Below, piece by piece: positions 30,238 through 47,165 of a stretch of 64,000 nucleotides of DNA. Location of the stretch: NCBI RefSeq assembly GCF_009914755.1, contig NC_060948.1; one strand, 5' to 3'. Source of the DNA: the human T2T-CHM13v2.0 reference genome, Homo sapiens. Within the stretch, counting starts at the first letter, position 1, and every line of letters starts with the position of its first letter. The notes under the pieces are model-generated. The model was given only the letters and a program-made list of their open reading frames with translations, had not been told where the DNA came from and did no database searches. A program made the translations under genes and the position numbers.

Positions 30238-32340
30238 AGATCCATATTTTTTAAATGCAAAAAAATTTCAAAGGTACTCTGCTTGGTACAATAATCAAAT
30301 GTATAAACTGAGGAATAAAACATAACCATGAAACCTACTTATAACTGCATATGGAAAATACAGAGGATAATTTTTTAAATAACATATTTTGAAAGCCTTA
30401 ACTAGTAATTTGAAGAGTTGGCATTTGAAAGGCCAGTATGAATATACCTTCAAAGCAGCAACACAGGTTCCCCATGAGAAAAAGCAAACTCAGGGAAAAT
30501 AAAACCACAAAGGTTCAATCTCTTCTGACCTTTGAAAGACACAGCACAGAGAGTGGTCCTTAGGACGAAGAGCAGGAGACCCCTAATTCCGTCACCATGG
30601 CGATAGGGCATAAACACTGCTGGGTGAGGGCACAATCCACATTGTGAGGTCCAACTGCTGCCAGGAAGACAGGAGTGCTTTTACATAGACCGAAAGGTCA
30701 TTGAAGGCTCAGAGTTTTGTTTCAAGAACTGAATCCCAAGCCCACACGTTATTAGGCTGCGCTTCTTAAAACAAGTTATGAGATGGGAAAAAGGGCACCC
30801 ACAAACATACGTATACATTATGTATATAATAATATACAGTATCATATATATAATATATATAACCTATGTATAATATTGTTTTACATCCTGCATCTTATAT
30901 TATATATATTGTGTAAAATATAATAATTGATAATATATAAGTTTTATATTTATACAATATGACATATAGTATATATTATAATTTATGACATATATAATAT
31001 ATGTTATATATCATATATAGAATATATTATACGGTTAATATACGTATTAAATATAAATTATACATTATATATATTATATATAATATATCTGCTATATATA
31101 ATACACATTATGCATAATATATATATTATGTCTATGTTATGTATAGTATAAAACAACATATAATAATATATAATTGTATATATAAAATGCGACATATAAT
31201 ATATATTATATTTTATGACATCTGTAATATATATTATATATTATATATAATACGTTGTATGTATAATACCTATATTAAATATATATTATATGACTATGTT
31301 ATTAATTACATGTCACATATGTTATATATTATATATTTTACATAGAATATACCGGTTACATACAATATATACTATGTTACCTATAATGTATAATTTATTA
31401 CATGTAAAATAAAGAATGCAATATATTATGTGTAATTTATACTATAGAATATGTGGAATGTGATATATATAACATATAATATATGATATATGATATACAG
31501 TATATGATATATAACATACAATATATGATACCTGAAATATATGGTATACAATATATATTTTATGATATGTATTCTCTATGTTTTATATTCTGTTATATAT
31601 AACTATTTGAAATTATATATAACTGTATAATATTTTATGTAAATATGTAATATAATATATATAACTATATAATATTTTATATATAACTATATATTATGTT
31701 ATATATACTTTTATAACTTAATTTACATAAAATATCATAATATAATATATATTATATTATTTCATATTACATAATATACATTCCATATCACCCAATATAA
31801 GTAACATACATAATATTATAATATAGATTATATTATGTTATATTAAATTTCATATATATCATGTATCATATATTCCATAATATATATTATACATTATATA
31901 ATATGTATGTTGTCTATTATGTGATATATATAACTATATATATAATTATATTGTTATACATATAACTAGATAAACATGTAATTCTACATATTTTCATTTA
32001 TAATATAAAGAATTATATAATCATATATAATTATTTATATTCTATAAAAAATTATATCATTATATATTATAATATATAAAAATCATAATATGTCCTACAA
32101 ATATATATATTATATATCATATATGATATAGTACCTTTGTTATATATCATAATACATATAAATGTGTATTATGTTATCTATAATTATATAATTTCATATA
32201 TAAGATGTATAATATGTATTATATATTATATATGTTATGTAATATATATAGTATATATAAGATGACACAGGATAAATATTATATACTATGACATATAAAA
32301 TATAAGAGGTTATATGTTACATATAAGGCATAGCACATAA

Positions 32341-32654
<314 letters not shown>

Positions 32655-34782
32655 AGATCCATATTTTTTAAATGAAAAAAAATTTCAAAGGTACTCTGCT
32701 TGGTACAATAATCAAATGTATAAACTGAGGAATAAAACATAACCATGAAACCTACTTATAACTGCATATGGAAAATACAGAGGATAATTTTTTAAATAAC
32801 ATATTTTGAAAGCCTTAACTAGTAATTTGAAGAGTTGGCATTTGAAAGGCCAGTATGAATATACCTTCAAAGCAGCAACACAGGTTCCCCATGAGAAAAA
32901 GCAAACTCAGGGAAAATAAAACCACAAAGGTTCAATCTCTTCTGACCTTTGAAAGACACAGCACAGACAGTGGTCCTTAGGACGAAGAGCAGGAGACCCC
33001 TAATTCCGTCACCATGGCGATAGGGCGTAAACATTGCTGGGTGAGGGCACAATCCACATTGTGAGGTCCAACTGCTGCCAGGAAGACAGGAGTGCTTTTA
33101 CATAGACCGAAACGTCATTGAAGGCTCAGAGTTTTATTTCAAGAACTGAATCCCAAGCCCACACGTTATTAGGCTGCGCTTCTTAAAACAAGTTATGAGA
33201 TGGGAAAAAGGGCACCCACAAACATACGTATACATTATGTATATAATAATATACAGTATCATATATATAATATATATAACCTATGTATAATATTGTTTTA
33301 CATCCTGCATCTTATATTATATATATTGTATAAAATATAACAATTGATAATATATAAGTTCTATATTTATACAATATGACATATAGTATATATTATAATT
33401 TATGACATACATAATATATGTTATATATCATATATAGAATATATTATACGGTTAATATACGTATTAAATATAAATTATACATTATATATATTATATATAA
33501 TATATCTGTTATATATAATACCCATTATGCATAATATATATATTAGGTCTATGTTATATATAGTATAAAACAACATATAATAATATATAATTGTATATAT
33601 AAAATGCGACATATAATATATATTATATTTTATGACATATGTAATATATATTATATATTATATATAATACGTTGTATGTATAATATCTATATTAAATATA
33701 TATTATATGACTATGTTATTAATTACATGTCACATGTGTTATATATTATATATTTTACATAGAATATACCGGTTACATACAATATATACTATGTTACCTG
33801 TAATGTATAATTTAATACATGTAAAATAAAGAATGCAATATATTATGTATAATTTATAATATACAATATGTGGAATGTGATATATATAACATATAATATA
33901 TGATATATGATATACAGTATATGATATATAACATACAATATATGATACCTAATATATATGGTATACAATATATATTTTATGATATGTATTCTCTATGTTT
34001 TACATTCTGTTATACATAACTATTTGAAATTATATATAACTGTATAATATTTTATGTAAATATGTAATATAATATATATAACTATATAATATATTATATA
34101 TAACTATATATTATGTTATATATACTTTTATAACATAATTTACATGAAATATCATAATATAATATATATTATATTATTTCATATTACATAATATATATTA
34201 CATATCACCCAATATAAGTAACATACATAATATTATAATATAGAATATATTATGTTATATTAAATATCATATATATCATGTATCATATATGCTATAATAT
34301 ATATTAAACATTATATAATATGTATGTTGTCTATTATGTGATATATATAACTATATATATAATTATATTATTATACATATAACTAGATAAACATGTAATT
34401 CTACATATTTAGATTTATAATATATATAATTATATAATCATATTTAATTATTTAAATTCTATAAAAAATTATATCATTATATAAATTATAATATATAATA
34501 ATTATAATATGTCCTACAAATATATATATTATATATCATATATGATATAGTACCTTTGTTATATATCATAATATATATAAATGTGTATTATGTTATCTAT
34601 AATGATATAATTTCATATATAAGATGTATAATATGTATTATATATTATATATGTTATGTAATATATATAGTATATATAAGATGACACAGGATAAATATTA
34701 TATACTATGACATATAAAATATAAGAGGTTATATGTTACATATAAGGCATAGCACATAACATGTAATATATATCATCTATAA

Positions 34783-35073
34783 TTTTTTTTTAGACAGAGT
34801 CTTGTCCTGTTGCACAGGGTGGGGTACAATGGCGCCATCTTTGCTCATTGCAACATCTGCCTCACGGGTCCAAGCGATTGTCCTCCCTCAGCCTCCCAGG
34901 TAGCTGGGACTACACCACACTGGGACTACACCAGCTGCCACCATGCCTAGCTAATTTTTTGGATTTTAGTAGGGACAGCGTTTCACTGTATTGGCCAGGA
35001 TGGTCTTGATCTCTTCACCTTGTGATCCCCTTGCCTTGGCCTCCAAATTTGCTGGGATTACAGGCCTGAGCCA
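34783..35073 (-). mobile_element. Diverged Alu, DYZ2 unit 9
   Basis: Near-identical copy; pairs with unit 7. Confidence 0.95.
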
Positions 35074-37178
35074 AGATCCATATTTTTTAAATGCAAAAAA
35101 ATTTCAAAGGTACTCTGCTTGGTACAATAATCAAATGTATAAACTGAGGAATAAAACATAACCATGAAACCTACTTATAACTGCATATGGAAAATACAGA
35201 GGATAATTTTTTAAATAACATATTTTGAAAGCCATAACTAGTAATTTGAAGAGTTGGCATTTGAAAGGCCAGTATGAATATACCTTCAAAGCAGCAACAC
35301 AGGTTCCCCATGAGAAAAAGCAAACTCAGGGAAAATAAAACCACAAAGGTTCAATCTCTTCTGACCTTTGAAAGACACAGCACAGAGAGTGGTCCTTAGG
35401 ACGAAGAGCAGGAGACCCCTAATTCCGTCACCATGGCGATAGGGCATAAACACTGCTGGGTGAGGGCACAATCCACATTGTGAGGTCCAACTGCTGCCAG
35501 GAAGACAGGAGTGCTTTTACATAGACCGAAAGGTCATTGAAGGCTCAGAGTTTTGTTTCAAGAACTGAATCCCAAGCCCACACGTTATTAGGCTGCGCTT
35601 CTTAAAACAAGTTATGAGATGGGAAAAAGGGCACCCACAAACATACGTATACATTATGTATATAATAATATACAGTATCATATATATAATATATATAACC
35701 TATGTATAATATTGTTTTACATCCTGCATCTTATATTATATATATTGTGTAAAATATAATAATTGATTATATATAAGTTTTATATTTATACAATATGACA
35801 TATAGTATATATTATAATTTATGACATATATAATATATGTTATATATCATATATAGAATATATTATACGGTTAATATACGTATTAAATATAAATTATACA
35901 TTATATATATTATATATAATATATCTGCTATATATAATACACATTATGCATAATATATATATTATGTCTATGTTATGTATAGTATAAAACAACATATAAT
36001 AATATATAATTGTATATATAAAATGCGACATATAATATATATTATATTTTATGACATCTGTAATATATATTATATATTATATATAATACGTTGTATGTAT
36101 AATACCTATATTAAATATATATTATATGACTATGTTATTAATTACATGTCACATATGTTATATATTATATATTTTACATAGAATATACCGGTTACATACA
36201 ATATATACTATGTTACCTATAATGTATAATTTATTACATGTAAAATAAAGAATGCAATATATTATGTGTAATTTATAATATACAATATGTGGAATGTGAT
36301 ATATATAACATATAATATATGATATATGATATACAGTATATGATATATAACATACAATATATGATACCTAATATATATGGTATACAATATATATTTTGTG
36401 ATATGTATTCTATATGTTTTATATTCTGTTATATATAACTATTTGAAATTATATATAACTGTATAATATTTTATGTAAATATGTAATATAATATATATAA
36501 CTTTTTAATATATTATATATAACTATATATTATGTTATATATACTTTTATAACTTAATTTACATAAAATATCATAGTATAATATATATTATATTACTTCA
36601 TATTACATAATATATATTACATATCACCCAATATAAGTAACATGCATAATATTATAATATACATTATATTATGTTATATTAAATATCATATATATCATGT
36701 ATCATATATTCTATAATATATATTATACATTATATAATATGCATGTTGTCTATTATGTGATATATATAACTATATATATAATTATATTATTATACATATA
36801 ACTAGATAAACATGTAATTCTACATATTTTCATTTATAATATATAGAATTACATAATCATATATAATTATTTATATTCTATAAAAAATTATATCATTATA
36901 TAAATTATAATATATAAAAATTATAATATGTACTACAAATATATATATTATATATCATATATGATATAGTACCTTTGTTATATATCATAATACATATAAA
37001 TGTGTATTATGTTATCTATAATTATATAATTTCATATATAAGATGTATAATATTTATTATATATTATATATGTTATGTAATATATATAGTATATATAAGA
37101 TGACACAGGATAAATATTATATACTATGACATATAAAATATATGAGGTTATATGTTACATATAAGGCATAGCACATAA

Positions 37179-37493
<315 letters not shown>

Positions 37494-39596
37494 AGATCCA
37501 TATTTTTTAAATGAAAAAAAATTTCAAAGGTACTCTGCTTGGTACAATAATCAAATGTATAAACTGAGGAATAAAACATAACCATGAAACCTACTTATAA
37601 CTGCATATGGAAAATACAGAGGATAATTTTTTAAATAACATATTTTGAAAGCCTTAACTAGTAATTTGAAGAGTTGGCATTTGAAAGGCCAGTATGAATA
37701 TACCTTCAAAGCAGCAACACAGGTTCCCCATGAGAAAAAGCAAACTCAGGGAAAATAAAACCACAAAGGTTCAATCTCTTCTGACCTTTGAAAGACACAG
37801 CACAGACAGTGGTCCTTAGGACGAAGAGCAGGAGACCCCTAATTCCGTCACCATGGCGATAGGGCATAAACACTGCTGGGTGAGGGCACAATCCACATTG
37901 TGAGGTCCAACTGCTGTCAGGAAGACAGGAGTGCTTTTACATAGACCGAAAGGTCATTGAAGGCTCAGAGTTTTGTTTCAAGAACTGAATCCCAAGCCCA
38001 CAGGTTATTAGGCTGCGCTTCTTAAAACAAGTTATGAGATGGGAAAAAGGGCACCCACAAACATACGTATACATTATGTATATAATAATATACAGTATCA
38101 TATATATAATATATATAACCTATGTATAATATTGTTTTACATCCTGCATCTTATATTATATATAGTGTAAAATATAATAATTGATAATATATAAGTTTTA
38201 TATTTATACAATATGACATATAGTATATATTATAATTTATGACATATATAATATATGTTATATATCATATATAGAATATATTATACGGTTAATATACGTA
38301 TTAAATATAAATTATACATTATATATATTATATATAATATATCTGCTATATATAATACCCATTATGCATAATATATATATTATGTCTATGTTATGTATAG
38401 TATAAAACAACATATAATAATATATAATTGTATATATAAAATGCGACATATAATATATATTATATTTTATGACATCTCTAATATATATTATATATTATAT
38501 ATAATACGTTGTATGTATAATACCTATATTAAATATATATTATATGACTATGTTATTAATTACATGTCACATATGTTATATATTATATATTTTACATAGA
38601 ATATACCGGTTACATACAATATATACTATGTTACCTATAATGTATAATTTATTACATGTAAAATAAAGAATGCAATATATTATGTGTAATTTATAATATA
38701 CAATATGTGGAATGTGATATATATAACATATAATATATGATATATGATATACAGTATATGATATATAACATACAATATATGATACCTAATATATATGGTA
38801 TACAATATATATTTTATGATATGTATTCTATATGTTTTATATTCTGTTATATATAACTATTGGAAATTATATATAACTGTATAATATTTTATGTAAATAT
38901 GTAATATAATATATATAACTATATAATATATTATATATAACTATATATTATGTTATATATACTTTTATAACTTAATTTACATAAAATATCATAGTATAAT
39001 ATATATTATATTACTTCATATTACATAATATATATTACATATCACCCAATATAAGTAACATACATAATATTATAATATACATTATATTATGTTATATTAA
39101 ATATCATATATATCATGTATCATATATTCTATAATATATATTATTCATTATATAATATGCATGTTGTCTATTATGTGATATATATAACTATATATATAAT
39201 TATATTATTATACATATAACTAGATAAACATGTAATTCTACATATTTTCATTTATAATATATAGAATTACATAATCATATATAATTATTTATATTCTATA
39301 AAAAATTATATCATTATATAAATTATAATATATAAAAATTATAATATGTACTACAAATCTATATATTATATATCATATATGATATAGTATCTTTGTTATA
39401 TATCATAATACATATAAATGTGTATTATGTTATCTATAATTATATAATTTCATATATAAGATGTATAATATTTATTATATATTATATATGTTATGTAATA
39501 TATATAGTATATATAAGATGACACAGGATAAATATTATATACTATGACATATAAAATATATGAGGTTATATGTTACATATAAGGCATAGCACATAA

Positions 39597-39911
<315 letters not shown>

Positions 39912-42034
39912 AGATCCATATTTTTTAAATGAAAAAAAATTTCAAAGGTACTCTGCTTGGTACAATAATCAAATGTATAAACTGAGGAATAAAACATAAC
40001 CATGAAACCTACTTATAACTGCATATGGAAAATACAGAGGATAATTTTTTAAATAACATATTTTGAAAGCCTTAACTAGTAATTTGAAGAGTTGGCATTT
40101 GAAAGGCCAGTATGAATATACCTTCAAAGCAGCAACACAGGTTCCCCATGAGAAAAAGCAAACTCAGGGAAAATAAAACCACAAAGGTTCAATCTCTTCT
40201 GACCTTTGAAAGACACAGCACAGACAGTGGTCCTTAGGACGAAGAGCAGGAGACCCCTAATTCCGTCACCATGGCGATAGGGCATAAACACTGCTGGGTG
40301 AGGGCACAATCCACATTGTGAGGTCCAACTGCTGCCAGGAAGACAGGAGTGCTTTTACATAGACCGAAAGGTCATTGAAGGCTCAGAGTTTTGTTTCAAG
40401 AACTGAATCCCAAGCCCACAGGTTATTAGGCTGCGCTTCTTAAAACAAGTTATGAGATGGGAAAAAGGGCACCCACAAACATACGTATACATTATGTATA
40501 TAATAATATACAGTATCATATATATAATATATATAACCTATGTATAATATTGTTTTACATCCTGCATCTTATATTATATATATTGTGTAAAATATAATAA
40601 TTGATAATATATGTTTTATATTTATACAATATGACATATAGTATATATTATAATTTATGACATATATAATATATGTTATATATCATATATAGAATATATT
40701 ATACGGTTAATATACGTATTAAATATAAATTATACATTATATATATTATATATAATATATCTGCTATATATAATACACATTATGCATAATATATATATTA
40801 TGTCTATGTTATGTATAGTATAAAACAACATATAATAATATATAATTGTATATATAAAATGCGACATATAATATATATTATATTTTATGACATCTCTAAT
40901 ATATATTATATATTATATATAATACGTTGTATGTATAATACCTATATTAAATATATATTATAGGACTATGTTATTAATTACATGTCACATGTGTTATATA
41001 TTATATATTTTACATAGAATATACCGGTTACATACAATATATACTATGTTACCTATAATGTATAATTTATTACATGTAAAATAAAGAATGCAATATATTA
41101 TGTATAATTTATAATATACAATATGTGGAATGTGATATATATAACATATAATATATGATATATGATATACAGTATATGATATATAACATACAATATATGA
41201 TTCCTAATATATATGGTATACAATATATATTTTATGATATGTATTCTATATGTTTTATATTCTGTTATATATAACTATTTGAAATTATATATAACTGTAT
41301 AATATTTTATGTAAATATGTAATATAATATATATAACTATATAATATATTATATATAACTATATATTATGTTATATAAACTTTTATAACATAATTCACAT
41401 AAAATATCATAATATAATATATATTATATTATTTCATATTACATAATATATATTACATATCACCCAATATAACTAACATACATAATATTATAATATAGAT
41501 TATATTATGTTATATTAAATATCATATATATCATGTATCATATATTCTATAATATATATTACACATTATATAATATGTATGTTGTCTATTATGTGATATA
41601 TATAACTATATATATAATTATATTTTTATACATATAACAACATAAACATGTAATTCTACATATTTTCATTTATAATATGTAGAATTATATAATCATATAT
41701 AATTATTTATATTCTATAAAAAATTTTATCATTATATAAATTATAATATATAAAAATTATAATATGTACTACAAATATATATATTATATATCATATATGA
41801 TATACCTTTGTTATATATCATAATACATATAAATGTGTATTATGTTATCTATAATTATATAATTTCATATATAACTTGTATAATATGTATCATATATTAT
41901 ATATGTTATGTAATATATATAGTATATATAAGATGACACAGGATAAATATTATATACTATGACATATAAAATATATGAGGTTATATGTTACATATAAGGC
42001 ATAGCACATAACATGTAATATATATCATATATAA

Positions 42035-42327
42035 TTTTTTTTTTAGACAGAATCTTGTCCTGTTGCACAGGGTGGGGTACAATGGCGCCATCTTTGCTCA
42101 CTGCAAATTCTGCCTCACGGGTCCAAGCGATTGTCCTCCCTCAGCCTCCCAGGTAGCTGGGACTACACCACACTGGGACTACACCAGCTGCCACCATGCC
42201 TAGCTAATTTTTTGGATTTTTAGTAGTGACAGCGTTTCACTGTATTGGCCAGGATGGTCTTGATCTCTTCACCTTGTGATCCCCTTGCCTTGGCCTCCAA
42301 ATTTGCTGGGATTACAGGCCTGAGCCA
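42035..42327 (-). mobile_element. Diverged Alu, DYZ2 unit 12
   Basis: Near-identical copy; first unit of the right-hand subfamily. Confidence 0.95.
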
Positions 42328-44432
42328 AGATCCATATTTTTTAAATGAAAAAAAATTTCAAAGGTACTCTGCTTGGTACAATAATCAAATGTATAAACTG
42401 AGGAATAAAACATAACCATGAAACCTACTTATAACTGCATATGGAAAATACAGAGGATAATTTTTTAAATAACATATTTTGAAAGCCTTAACTAGTAATT
42501 TGAAGAGCTGGCATTTGAAAGGCCAGTATGAATATACCTTCAAAGCAGCAACACAGGTTCCCCATGAGAAAAAGCAAACACAGGGAAAATAAAAACACAA
42601 AGGTTCAATCTCTTCTGACCTTTGAAAGACACAGCACAGACAGTGGTCCTTAGGACGAAGAGCAGGAGACCCCTAATTCCGTCACCATGGCGATAGGGCA
42701 TAAACATTGCTGGGTGAGGGCACAATCCACATTGTGAGGTCCAACTGCTGCCAGGAAGACAGGAGTGCTTTTACATAGACCGAAAGGTCATTGAAGGCTC
42801 AGAGTTTTGTTTCAAGAACTGAATCCCAAGCCCACACGTTATTAGGCTGCGCTTCTTAAAACAAGTTATGAGATGGGAAAAAGGGCACACACAAACATAC
42901 GTATACATTATGTATATAATAATATACAGTATCATATATATAATATATATAACCTATGTATAATATTGTTTTACATCCTGCATCTTATGTTATATATATT
43001 GTATAAAATATAATAATTGATAATATATAAGTTTTATATTTATACAATATGACATATAGTATATATTATAATTTATGACATATATAATATATGTTATATA
43101 TCATATATAGAATATATTATACGGTTAATATACGTATTAAATATAAATTATACATTATATATATTACATATAATATATCTGTTATATATAATACCCATTA
43201 TGCATAATATATATATTATGTCTATGTTATATATAGTATAAAACAACATATAATAATATATAATTGTATATATAAAATGTGACATATAATATATATTATA
43301 TTTTATAACATATGTAATATATATTATATATTATATATAATACGTTGTATGTATAATACCTATATTAAATATATATTATATGACTATGTTATTAATTACA
43401 TGTCACATGTGTTATATATTATATATTTTACATAGAATATACCGGTTACATACAATATATACTATGTTACCTATAATGTATAATTTATTACATGTAAAAT
43501 AAAGAATGCAATATATTATGTATAATTTATAATATACAATATGTGGAATGTGATATATATAACATATAATATATGATATATGATATACAGTATATGATAT
43601 ATAACATACAATATATGATTCCTAATATATATGGTATACAATATATATTTTATGATATGTATTCTATATGTTTTATATTCTGTTATATATAACTATTTGA
43701 AATTATATATAACTGTATAATATTTTATGTAAATATGTAATATAATATATATAACTATATAATATATTATATATAACTATATATTATGTTATATACACTT
43801 TTATAACATAATTTACATAAAATATCATAATATAATATATATTATATTATTTCATATTACATAATATATATTAGATATCACCCAATATATCTAACATACA
43901 TAATATTATAATATAGATTATATTGTGTTATATTAAATATCATATATATCATGTATCATATATTCTATAATATATATTACACATTATATAATATGTATGT
44001 TGTCTATTATGTGATATATATAACTATATATATAATTATATTTTTATACATATAACTAGATAAACATGTAATTCTACATATTTTCATTTATAATATGTAG
44101 AATTATATAATCATATATAATTATTTATATTCTATAAAAAATTTTATCATTATATAAATTATAATATATAAAAATTATAATATGTACTACAAATATATAT
44201 ATTATATATCATATATGATATAGTACCTTTGTTATATTTCATAATACATATAAATGTGTATTATGTTATCTATAATTATATAATTTCATATATAAGATGT
44301 ATAATATGTATCATATATTATATATGTTATGTAATATATATAGTATATATAAGATGACACAGGATAAATATTATATACTATGACTTATAAAATATATGAG
44401 GTTATATGTTACATATAAGGCATAGCACATAA

Positions 44433-44747
<315 letters not shown>

Positions 44748-46873
44748 AGATCCATATTTTTTAAATGAAAAAAAATTTCAAAGGTACTCTGCTTGGTACA
44801 ATAATCAAATGTATAAACTGAGGAATAAAACGTAACCATGAAACCTACTTATAACTGCATATGGAAAATACAGAGGATAATTTTTTAAATAACATATTTT
44901 GAAAGCCTTAACTAGTAATTTGAAGAGTTGGCATTTGAAAGGCCAGTATGAATATACCTTCAAAGCAGCAACACAGGTTCCCCATGAGAAAAAGCAAACA
45001 CAGGGAAAATAAAAACAAAAAGGTTCAATCTCTTCTGACCTTTGAAAGACACAGCACAGACAGTGGTCCTTAGGACGAAGGGCAGGAGACCCCTAATTCC
45101 GTCACCATGGCGATAGGGCATAAACATTGCTGGGTGAGGGCACAATCCACATTGTGAGGTCCAACTGCTGCCAGGAAGACAGGAGTGCTTTTACATAGAC
45201 CGAAAGGTCATTGAAGGCTCAGAGTTTTGTTTCAAGAACTGAATCCCACGCCCACACGTTATTAGGCTGCGCTTCTTAAAACAAGTTATGAGATGGGAAA
45301 AATGGCACCCACAAACATACGTATACATTATGTATATAATAATATACAGTATCATATATATAATATATATAACCTATGTATAATATTGTTTTACATCCTG
45401 CATCTTATGTTATATATATTGTATAAAATATAATAATTGATAATATATAAGTTTTATAATTATACAATATGACATATAGTATATATTATAATTTATGACA
45501 TATATAATATATGTTATATATCAAATATAGAATATATTATACGGTTAATATACGTATTAAATATAAATTATACATTATATATATTATATATAATATATCT
45601 GTTATATATAATACCCATTATGCATAATATATATATTATGTCTATGTTATATATAGTATAAAACAACATATAATAATATATAATTGTATATATAAAATGC
45701 GACATATAATATATATTATATTTTATAACATATGTAATATGTATTATATATTATATATAATACGTTGTATGTACAATACCTATATTAAATATATATTATA
45801 TGACTATGTTATTAATTACATGTCACATGTGTTATATATTATATATTTTACATAGAATATACCGGTTACATACAATATATACTATGTTACCTTTAATGTA
45901 TAATTTATTACATGTAAAATAAATAATGCAATATATTACGTATAATTTATAATATACAATATGTGGAATGTGATATATATAACATAATATATGATATATG
46001 ATATACAGTATATGATATATAACATACAATATATGATTCCTAATATATATGGTATACAATATATATTTTATGATATGTATTCTATATGTTTTATATTCTG
46101 TTATATATAACTATTTGAAATTATATATAACTGTATAATATTTTATGTAAATATGTAATATAATATATATAACTATATAATATATTATATATAACTATAT
46201 ATTATGTTATATATACTTTTATAACATAATTTACATAAAATATCATAACATAATATATATTATATTATTTCATATTACATAATATATATTACATATCACC
46301 CAATATAACTAACATACATAATATTATAATATAGATTATATTATGTTATATTAAATATCATATATATCATGTATCATATATTCTATAATATATATTACAC
46401 ATTATATAATATGTATGTTGTCTATTATGTGATATATATAACTATATATATAATTATATTTTTATACATATAACTAGATAAACATGTAATTCTACATATT
46501 TTCATTTATAATATATAGAATTATATAATCATATATAATTATTTATATTCTATAAAAAATTTTATCATTATATAAATTATAATATATAAAAATTATAATA
46601 TGTACTACAAATATATATATTATATATCATATATGATATAGTACCTTTGTTATATATCATAATACATATAAATGTGTATTATGTTATCTATAATTATATA
46701 ATTTCATATATAAGATGTATAATATGTATCATATATTATAGATGTTATGTAATATATATAGTATATATAAGATGACACAGGATAAATATTATATACTATG
46801 ACATATAAAATATATGAGGTTATATGTTACATATAAGGCATAGCACATAACATGTAATATATATCATATATAA

Positions 46874-47165
<292 letters not shown>

